Sequence record: DRR723986_2929
Length of the DNA stretch: 57,816 bases
Strand: one strand, 5' to 3'
Below are positions 47,731-55,145 of the stretch, piece by piece. How positions within the stretch are numbered: the stretch's first letter is position 1; each line of letters begins with the position of its first letter. The notes beneath the pieces are model-generated. The model was not told the origin of the DNA, searched no databases, and worked only from the letters and a program-made list of their open reading frames with translations. A program made the position numbers and the translations under genes.

Positions 47731-48035
47731 AAAGAACGATACCCCTGATATTTGCGGCCCTGCCGCTGATGGCTGGCTGCGTGTCTGCCAATAGTGCCGA
47801 AGGCTACAAGGCCGAGGCCTACGCCAAGTGCCGCTATGCGCCCGGACCGGAAGAACGCGAGAAGTGCATGAAGACGGAACTCGCCCTGATCGAGGCGCGT
47901 GAACGCACAGATGCCCAGCGCATTCAGACCGACCGCGAAGCCGCCGAACAGCGGCAGGCGATTCTGGAAGCCACCGGCGTTTCCCGGGAAGATGCGAAGC
48001 AAACGAGTGATTCCGGCCTCCACCTGCCCGACTGA
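47727..48035 (+). CDS. Hypothetical lipoprotein
   Basis: MKRTIPLIFAALPLMAGC lipobox, C-x11-C pair, coiled-coil tail; ATGA overlap with tag. Confidence 0.75.
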   Translation: MKRTIPLIFAALPLMAGCVSANSAEGYKAEAYAKCRYAPGPEEREKCMKTELALIEARERTDAQRIQTDREAAEQRQAILEATGVSREDAKQTSDSGLHLPD

Positions 48036-48137
48036 TCCGGTGTCTCGACCCGGCCGACAAGCCGCGCTACAGAAAATCGGATAGAGATTCAGGACCTTGC
48101 CGCATGACTTGCATGTGGCGTGCATCAAGAGGGCACA

Positions 48138-49259
48138 ATGAAAAACGCCGTCATCTCGTCCACGGGCCTGTGGACGCCGCCGCATTCCATTTCAAACGAA
48201 GAACTGGTCGAAGCCTACAATGCCTGGGCGGACAACTGGAATCGCGAGCGGGACGCCGACATCGCCTCCGGCCTGATTGAGCCGAAGACCCACTCCTCGG
48301 TCGAGTTCATCGAGAAGGCCTCCGGCATCAAGTCGCGCTATGTGATGAACAAAACCGGCGTACTGGACCCGGACATCATGGCCCCGCGTATCCCGGAACG
48401 CCCGAATGAAGAGATTTCCGTCCTCGCCGAGATCGCGGTGAATGCGGCGCGTCAGGCGCTGGAACGGGCCGGGCGCAAACCGGAAGACGTGGATGCGGTG
48501 ATCTGCGCAGCCTCCAACATGCAGCGCGCTTACCCGGCCATGGCGATTGAAGTTCAGCAGGCCCTCGGCATTGGCGGCTTCGCCTTCGACATGAACGTTG
48601 CCTGTTCCTCGGCCACCTTTGGCATCCAGACGGCCGCTGATTTTGTGCGGACCGGCTCTGCCAAATCCGTCCTGATGGTGAATCCGGAAATCTGCTCCGG
48701 CCATCTGAACTTCACTGATCGCGACAGCCACTTCATCTTCGGCGATGTTGCCACCGCCGTCCTGGTGGAAGAGGAAAGCATCGCACCGGCCGGCCACTGG
48801 AAGATCCTCGGAACGAAGCTGAAGACCGAGTTCTCCAACAATATCCGCAACAATTTCGGCTTCCTGAACCGCGCGGCCCCGGAAGGGATCGGTGCGCCGG
48901 ACAAGCTGTTCAAGCAGGAAGGCCGCAAAGTATTCAAGGAAGTCGTGCCGATGGTGGCAACGATGATCACGGAGCATCTCGGCGAGCTTGGCCTTCAGGG
49001 CACGGATCTTCGCCGCTTGTGGCTGCACCAGGCCAATGCCAACATGAACCGGCTGATATCTTCCAAGGTGCTGGGCCATGAAGCCAGCGCCGATGAAAGC
49101 CCGACCGTGCTGGACACTTACGCCAACACATCGTCTGCCGGATCTATCATCGCCTTCCACAAACATTCGGAAGACTTCAAGCCCGGTGACAAGGGCCTGA
49201 TCTGTTCGTTCGGCGCAGGCTATTCCGCCGGCACGGTGTTTGTTGAGAAAACGGCGTAG
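48138..49259 (+). CDS. Beta-ketoacyl-ACP synthase III (long FabH-like type)
   Basis: DMNVACSS, LHQAN and ANTSS catalytic triad; FGAG. Confidence 0.92.
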   Translation: MKNAVISSTGLWTPPHSISNEELVEAYNAWADNWNRERDADIASGLIEPKTHSSVEFIEKASGIKSRYVMNKTGVLDPDIMAPRIPERPNEEISVLAEIAVNAARQALERAGRKPEDVDAVICAASNMQRAYPAMAIEVQQALGIGGFAFDMNVACSSATFGIQTAADFVRTGSAKSVLMVNPEICSGHLNFTDRDSHFIFGDVATAVLVEEESIAPAGHWKILGTKLKTEFSNNIRNNFGFLNRAAPEGIGAPDKLFKQEGRKVFKEVVPMVATMITEHLGELGLQGTDLRRLWLHQANANMNRLISSKVLGHEASADESPTVLDTYANTSSAGSIIAFHKHSEDFKPGDKGLICSFGAGYSAGTVFVEKTA

Positions 49260-49291
49260 GGTGCGAGGCTTTTCGCCCGGCCCTTGAAGGC

Positions 49292-49444
49292 TCAGTCGTA
49301 CTCGTCGTCGCTGAACAGGTCGCCCCAGAAGACTTCGCGGCTGGACTTGGCAGCCTCGACGACAACGATGATTCCACCCATCAGGAGCACACAAAACGCC
49401 ATAACCTGCCAGGGAGCCGTTTGTGCCACTGCCTCGAACATCAT
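49292..49444 (-). CDS. 50-aa single-TM protein (below the ORF-track cutoff)
   Basis: MMFEAVAQTAPWQVMAFCVLLMGGIIVVVEAAKSSREVFWGDLFSDDEYD; GC3-rich codons; AAGGCGG upstream. Confidence 0.7.
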   Translation of the reverse strand: MMFEAVAQTAPWQVMAFCVLLMGGIIVVVEAAKSSREVFWGDLFSDDEYD

Positions 49445-49623
49445 CACCGCCTTATAATGGATCGGGTAAACGGAGATGATTCCGCGCCCTGTTGTCAGTG
49501 CAGCAGTTTTCGCGCAAAGGCCTTAACAGCGCATTTGGAAATAGGGGCAATCGCAGGGCGGGTTTGTAACCAGATTGCCCCCCTTTCTTTACCCTTATTA
49601 CTGATGCTTTAAAGAAGGGCTGA

Positions 49624-50241
49624 ATGACCGTTCGCAAGAAGCAATCCGTTAAGGCTCCCAGGGTCTGGCAGCGTATGCTGTCCGGACGACGGCTGGACCT
49701 TGTCCACCCCTCGCCCATGGATGTGGAAATCGAGGACATCGCCCACGGCCTGGCCCGTGTGGCGCGATGGAACGGCCAGACAAAAGGCGAGCATGCCTTC
49801 TCCGTCGCCGAACATTCTGTCATCGTGGAGCGGATCTGCAGAAAGCTGGACCCGACCATGAGCGCAAAGCACAGCCTGCTGGCCCTGCTGCATGACAGCC
49901 CGGAATACGTGATCGGCGACATGATCTCGCCGTTCAAGGCGTTGCTGGGCGGCGGCTACAAGGATGTCGAAGGGCGCCTGCAGGAAGCCATCCACATCCG
50001 CTTCGGTCTGCCGCCGGTAACCCCGGTGCGCCTGAAGAAGACGATCAAGAAGGCGGACCTGATCTGCGCCTGGTTCGAGGCGACACAGCTGGCCGGCTTC
50101 GAGGAGGCCGAGGCCAACAAGCTGTTTGTCGTGCCGCCGGAAAATGTACGCCTGAAGCTCTCCCCGAAATCGGTGCCGGAAGCACAGGCGGCGTTCCTTG
50201 ACCGCTTCCACAAGATCATGACGGAGATTGGCGCACCATGA
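49624..50241 (+). CDS. HD family hydrolase (YfbR/YfdR-like 5'-deoxynucleotidase)
   Basis: WQRMLSGRRLDL, RWNGQT, SVAEHS, LLHD.PEY.IGD, KKAD. Confidence 0.9.
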   Translation: MTVRKKQSVKAPRVWQRMLSGRRLDLVHPSPMDVEIEDIAHGLARVARWNGQTKGEHAFSVAEHSVIVERICRKLDPTMSAKHSLLALLHDSPEYVIGDMISPFKALLGGGYKDVEGRLQEAIHIRFGLPPVTPVRLKKTIKKADLICAWFEATQLAGFEEAEANKLFVVPPENVRLKLSPKSVPEAQAAFLDRFHKIMTEIGAP

Positions 50242-51188
50242 TGAGGTCCGCGTCCCCGTTGCTGATCGGCCTGTCGGCCGTGATGGTCGCCATCCAGGAT
50301 GACATGCCTCTGGTGCTGGTCACGCGGCGTGGCAGCGAAGACGCGCTGCCGTTCGGCCCGTTCCACCCGGACAAGCACCGCACGTTCGACCTCTCGCTGC
50401 GCGGCTGGGTGCGGGAGCAGACGGGTTTCGAGCTTGGCTATGTCGAACAGCTCTACACCTTCGGTGACCGGGACCGGGAGACGCCCGAAGCGACGCTCGC
50501 AGGCGCCCCGCCGGATTCGCGCGTCATCTCGGTGGGCTATCTCGCCCTGACGCCTGAGGCCCGCCCGGCGGAAGCCGGGTTCGAAGCACGCTGGCAGAAC
50601 TGGTATCGCTACTTCCCCTGGGAAGATCACCGCAATGGCCGCCCGGCCATGATCGACGCACAGATCGCCCCGCGCCTGTTCACCTGGGCGGCGGGTAAGG
50701 AGATGCGGCTGGAGCGGGCGAAGATCGCGTTCGGCCTCGATGGCGCGCGATGGGCAGAGGAGCGGGTGCTGGACCGCTACGAGCTGCTCTATGAAGCCGG
50801 CCTCGTCGCCGAGTGCGCACGCGATGCGAACCTCGCCGAGGCAGACGTCACGCTGGGCGAGGCCATGGCGTCGGACCACCGCCGCATTCTCGCGACGGCC
50901 ATTTCGCGTCTCAGGGGCAAGATCAAATACCGCCCGGTCGTGTTCGAGCTGATGCCCGACCGGTTCACCCTGTCGGCCCTGCAGCGGACGGTCGAAGCCA
51001 TTCTTGGCCTTGGCCTGCATACGCAGAACTTCCGCCGGGCGCTAGACAAGACGGGGCTGGTAAAGGGCACAGGCGCGATGGAAACTGGCACGGGCGGTCG
51101 CCCGGCCGAGCTTTACCGCTTCTGCCGCGAACAGGCCATCTCGACCGGGGCGCCGGGCCTGTCGACCCCGCGCCGGTCTGCAGACTGA
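50238..51188 (+). CDS. nadQ: NadQ/NrtR-type NAD regulator (Nudix-like plus wHTH)
   Basis: LPFGPF.P..HRT, GYVEQLYTFGDR, WY.YFPWED, DHRRILATAI.RLRGK.KYRP, NFRR, GGRPA.LYRF. Confidence 0.8.
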   Translation: MMRSASPLLIGLSAVMVAIQDDMPLVLVTRRGSEDALPFGPFHPDKHRTFDLSLRGWVREQTGFELGYVEQLYTFGDRDRETPEATLAGAPPDSRVISVGYLALTPEARPAEAGFEARWQNWYRYFPWEDHRNGRPAMIDAQIAPRLFTWAAGKEMRLERAKIAFGLDGARWAEERVLDRYELLYEAGLVAECARDANLAEADVTLGEAMASDHRRILATAISRLRGKIKYRPVVFELMPDRFTLSALQRTVEAILGLGLHTQNFRRALDKTGLVKGTGAMETGTGGRPAELYRFCREQAISTGAPGLSTPRRSAD

Positions 51189-51189
51189 C

Positions 51190-52623
51190 CTATTCTTCCG
51201 CTTCGGTCTCGTACTCTTCCGCGGCAATGCCTTCCGGCTGGCCGACAGCGACGAAGAGATAGTCTTCCGGGTTCAGGTATTCCTTCGCCACCCGGTTCAC
51301 ATCGTCGAGCGTGACGGCGCGGACCTTGTCATTGCGCAGGTCGAAATAGTCGATGCCGAGTTCGTCCTGGCGCACGCCCATCATCTGGCTCGCGATCTTG
51401 GCATTGGAATCGAAGCCGAGCGGGTAGGAACCGGTGAGATAGGCCTTGGCGTCGGCCAGTTCTTCCTCGGTCACGCCGTTTTCGACGAAATCTTCCATCT
51501 CGTCCCTGATGCCCTGGATGAACTCGCCGGCACTTTCATTCTTGGTCTGGCCGCCGCCGCCCCAGGTCTGAAGGTGCTCGCCAGACGAGAGGCTCGTATA
51601 GATGCCGTAGGTCAGGCCCTTCTCGATACGGAGGGTTTTCATCAGCCGGCTTTCGAAACCGCCGCCGCCATAGGTGTAGTTCAGCACGAAGGCCGGGAAG
51701 AAGTCTTCATCGTCCCGCTTCAGGCCGGGGCCCGTGAACTGGACCAGCGATTGCGGCTGCGGCAGGTCAACGACGATCGGATCTGCCGGTTCGAGTTCCG
51801 GCAGGACGATTTCCGGCGTTTCCGGCAAGGTCGAAGTCTCCGGCAGCCCGGCCATGACTTCATCGATCATCGGCGCCAGTTCTTCCGGCGTGACCGCACC
51901 AACGGCGGTGACCAGCATGCGGTCCTTCACCATCAGCTTGCGCATCTGCTCTTTCGCCAGTTCCGGCGTCAGGGCCGCGATGCTCTCTTCCGACGTCGTC
52001 CGCGCATAGGGATGATCCGGATAGAGCGCCTGAGACGCGGCCTGCCAGGCAAGGAAGCCCGCGCTCGTCTCGCGTGTCTTGAGGCCGACCTGCTGCTCCC
52101 GGCGAAAACGTTCGAACGGGCCTTCATCGAAGCGCGGACCTTCAAACGCCGTCGCGATGAGCGCCATCGCGTCCTCGGCATTGTCTGTCAGCATGGAAGC
52201 CGAGCAGGAGGTCCAGTCGTTCGACGCCGAACAGGCGAAGCTCATGTTCAGGTCTTCCATACGGGTCTGGAAGCCGAGGGAGTCCAGATCGCCGGCGCCT
52301 TCGTTCATGTGATAGGTCACGGCATCGGTCAGGCCTTCCAGCCCTTCCGGATCGCTCGCCTCGCCGCCTTTCCAGGCCATGTTGAGAGACAGGATCGGGA
52401 TCGACGGTTCGGACACCAGCCACACCGATGCACCGCCCGGCGTCGTGAATTGCTGGATCTCTGCAAAGTCGCCAGAATGGACCGTGACTTCTAGCGGCGC
52501 CGGCTCTTCAACGACTTCGACTTCAACAACAGTTGCAGGCTCCACTGGAGGCGGATTGAAAGAAGCACAGGCGGACAGGCTGGTCGCGGCCAGCAGGCCA
52601 GCGGTGATGGTCAGGCGTTTCAT
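51190..52623 (-). CDS. M16B peptidase, non-catalytic subunit (lipoprotein)
   Basis: LSAC lipobox; HxxEH absent (YHMNEG); GGGFESRL..LRIEKGLTYG. Confidence 0.9.
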   Translation of the reverse strand: MKRLTITAGLLAATSLSACASFNPPPVEPATVVEVEVVEEPAPLEVTVHSGDFAEIQQFTTPGGASVWLVSEPSIPILSLNMAWKGGEASDPEGLEGLTDAVTYHMNEGAGDLDSLGFQTRMEDLNMSFACSASNDWTSCSASMLTDNAEDAMALIATAFEGPRFDEGPFERFRREQQVGLKTRETSAGFLAWQAASQALYPDHPYARTTSEESIAALTPELAKEQMRKLMVKDRMLVTAVGAVTPEELAPMIDEVMAGLPETSTLPETPEIVLPELEPADPIVVDLPQPQSLVQFTGPGLKRDDEDFFPAFVLNYTYGGGGFESRLMKTLRIEKGLTYGIYTSLSSGEHLQTWGGGGQTKNESAGEFIQGIRDEMEDFVENGVTEEELADAKAYLTGSYPLGFDSNAKIASQMMGVRQDELGIDYFDLRNDKVRAVTLDDVNRVAKEYLNPEDYLFVAVGQPEGIAAEEYETEAEE

Positions 52624-52624
52624 C

Positions 52625-53995
52625 TCAGTTTTCCCCCTCGGCTGGCAGCAGCTGTGCCTCAATGAAGTGCCGGTCAGGACCGAACACGGTGCGGACGGCA
52701 GCGATGGCCTCTTCCGGCGTGATGGCGCGGACGTTGTCCGGATAGGACAGAACGTCCTCGATCGTGCCGCCAATGGCCAGGGTTGAGCCGAACACGTTCG
52801 CCATCGTCGACTGGCTGTCACGGGCATAAATCGCCGTTGCAGCCAGCTTGTTCCGGGCCCGAACAACTTCCTCTTCCGTAAACCCTTCTGCGAGCGCCTT
52901 CTCGACTTCCGCCATCACGGCCGTTTCGAGATCATCCATGCTGACGCCGGGCGCGGGGCTCGCCGAAATCACGGCGGGGCCGGGATCGTGCAGGTCGGAC
53001 CAGGCATAGGAGGCGGCGCTGATGGCCAGTTGCTGTTGCTCCACCAGTGACTGGTAGAGCCGGCTGGTCATGCCACCGCCGAGCACTTCAAGGCCGACTT
53101 CCAGAGCATAGGCTTCATGCGGCGTGCGGATCTGCGAAACACCGTTGTAGTACCGGCTCCAGACTGGCTGGCGCACTTTCGGATCGGAGTGAACGATCAG
53201 CTTGTCTTCGGTCAGCAGCGGCACGTCGCGCCATTTGCGCTGGCCATGGGCTGTACCTGTCGGAATGATCTGTCCGTATGTCGCTTCTGCCAGCGTGCGG
53301 ACTTCGTCCTCGCTGACATCGCCCGCAACGACCAGGATCGCGTTCTCCGGACTGTAGTATTCATGATAGAAGTTCAGACCGTCTTCCGGGGTCAGCGCGG
53401 CCACTTCATCCATATTGCCGATGACAGTGATTTCGTACGGGTGGCCCTTCCACAATTCAGACAGAACCTGTTCCTGCAGGATGACGCCCGGATTGTTGTC
53501 GATGCGCTGGCGGCGCTCTTCCTTCACGACATCCCGTTCGGAAATGAAGGCACCTTCCGGATCGTCATCAATCACAAGGTTCACCATGCGATCGGCTTCC
53601 AGCTCCATCATCGTGCCGAGCTGTTCCTTGGCCACGCGTTCGAAATAGGCGGTGTAGTCCCAGCTGGTAAAAGCGTTCGACTGGCCGCCATTGCGGGAGA
53701 CGATGGAATCGAACTCGCCCGGCGCCAGCGTATCAGTCTGCTGGAACATGACATGTTCGAAGAGGTGGGCGATCCCGCTCTTGCCGGGTGCCTCGTCAAC
53801 CGCGCCAACCTTGTACCAGACCATATGCGTCACGACCGGCGCGCGATGGTCCGGAATGACCACAACCTGCATGCCATTGTCGAGTTCGAAAGTGGTCGGG
53901 GTCCAGGTCTCTGCAGACTCCGCTGCCGTATCGGCCGAGGCCGGCAAGGCAAATACGGCGAGGGCAGCAAGCCCTCCGGTCAATATCCGTTTCAT
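52625..53995 (-). CDS. M16B peptidase, catalytic subunit
   Basis: GIAHLFEH (HxxEH), NAFTSWDYT, ERDVVKEERR; signal peptide. Confidence 0.93.
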   Translation of the reverse strand: MKRILTGGLAALAVFALPASADTAAESAETWTPTTFELDNGMQVVVIPDHRAPVVTHMVWYKVGAVDEAPGKSGIAHLFEHVMFQQTDTLAPGEFDSIVSRNGGQSNAFTSWDYTAYFERVAKEQLGTMMELEADRMVNLVIDDDPEGAFISERDVVKEERRQRIDNNPGVILQEQVLSELWKGHPYEITVIGNMDEVAALTPEDGLNFYHEYYSPENAILVVAGDVSEDEVRTLAEATYGQIIPTGTAHGQRKWRDVPLLTEDKLIVHSDPKVRQPVWSRYYNGVSQIRTPHEAYALEVGLEVLGGGMTSRLYQSLVEQQQLAISAASYAWSDLHDPGPAVISASPAPGVSMDDLETAVMAEVEKALAEGFTEEEVVRARNKLAATAIYARDSQSTMANVFGSTLAIGGTIEDVLSYPDNVRAITPEEAIAAVRTVFGPDRHFIEAQLLPAEGEN

Positions 53996-54040
53996 GGGCT
54001 TTTTCCCTTGCAAGAGTTGGAAGTCCGGCACCGGGCTGGA

Positions 54041-54535
54041 TCAGGTTCCCGGCAGTTTGACCCGCGGCTTGGCCGTGGTGCTTTCGATCGTCACTGGCGC
54101 ATTGCCCGTTGCGTTGTCCGCCGCAGCAGACTCAGCATCCTCAGCATTGTCCTTGCGCCAGAACAGGATCCGGTCAGCGACGCTCGGCGATTTGCGGATC
54201 GTCTTGAACTCTTCGTAGTCGAGTTCCGTGCGGATCATCGGGCTGACCGCATTGGCATCGGCTGCTGCGACGAGAGCACGCTCGGAAGCGCTGGCATTGA
54301 CGCCAAGCGTCGAGCCGAACGCCGCTGCGTTGTCGTTCTTGGCCGCTTCGACTTCAGCCGGCAGGGACTGGCCGGCGCCCGGCGGACGCAGCGAGTATTC
54401 AGGTGGTACGATGAGCGGCGACTTGGTCACGACCCGGAACTCGTCCGGCGTCCGTGATCCGGCTGCTCCGCTGGAACAAGCCGTCGTCGCCAGGCACACG
54501 GCGCCCAGGGCCAGAAGGGAAAGCTGCGTCTTCAT
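54041..54535 (-). CDS. DUF3035 family lipoprotein
   Basis: TAC lipobox, PDEFRVVTKSPLIVPPEYSLRPP; usual position after lspA. Confidence 0.88.
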   Translation of the reverse strand: MKTQLSLLALGAVCLATTACSSGAAGSRTPDEFRVVTKSPLIVPPEYSLRPPGAGQSLPAEVEAAKNDNAAAFGSTLGVNASASERALVAAADANAVSPMIRTELDYEEFKTIRKSPSVADRILFWRKDNAEDAESAAADNATGNAPVTIESTTAKPRVKLPGT

Positions 54536-54556
54536 GTGGCGTCCTCGCCTCTAAGT

Positions 54557-55087
54557 TTAGGAGGGCCGGTCCGGTTTCCCGGATGGCTTTCTTCCCGACA
54601 GTACGAATTGATCGAAAAACAGCAAGACCGCGCCAACACTGATGGCAGCGTCGGCCACATTGAACACCCACGGGAAATGGAGCGCGTCGGCATTGATGAA
54701 GTCCACAACCGCGCCGAAACGCACGCGATCGATCAGGTTGCCGAAGGCACCGCCGATCACTAGCGCCAGCGACAGCTTCAGAAGCCGCCCCTCTGCCACC
54801 ATCAGCCAGCGCAGGAATCCCAGCGCGATGGCCAGCATGACGATCGCCAGAATCCACCGGCCGATGCCCTCGGACTGGAACATGCCGTAGCTCATGCCAC
54901 GGTTCCAGACCATCGACAGGTTGATCGGGCCCGGCAGTTCAATTGTACCGCAGGCAAAGCTGTTGTGCAGGCATTCCATGGCGCGGAACCGCTCATTGGC
55001 CAGAACCATCGATTTGGTCACCTGGTCCGCGATCAGCGTGACCGGGATGATGGCCAGCGGCCAGACCTGAGCAGGTTTCATTTGCAT
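54557..55087 (-). CDS. lspA: Lipoprotein signal peptidase II
   Basis: DQVTK, WNRGMSYG, GGAFGNLIDR, VVDF, FNVAD; start uncertain (55081-55102). Confidence 0.95.
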   Translation of the reverse strand: MQMKPAQVWPLAIIPVTLIADQVTKSMVLANERFRAMECLHNSFACGTIELPGPINLSMVWNRGMSYGMFQSEGIGRWILAIVMLAIALGFLRWLMVAEGRLLKLSLALVIGGAFGNLIDRVRFGAVVDFINADALHFPWVFNVADAAISVGAVLLFFDQFVLSGRKPSGKPDRPS

Positions 55088-55145
55088 GCGGGGAGATTGC
55101 ATCCCGTCCCGGTCAGATCAAGCGATTCCGTGCAGGTTGGCTTTG

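Noticed and set aside
48098..48120. Imperfect palindrome GCCGCATG-N5-CATGTGGC before the KAS III gene
   Set aside because: A single imperfect GC-rich instance with no regulator I can assign.
52290..52330. Missing HxxEH in the second M16 protein, suggesting a pseudogene
   Set aside because: Normal for the non-catalytic partner of heterodimeric M16B peptidases.
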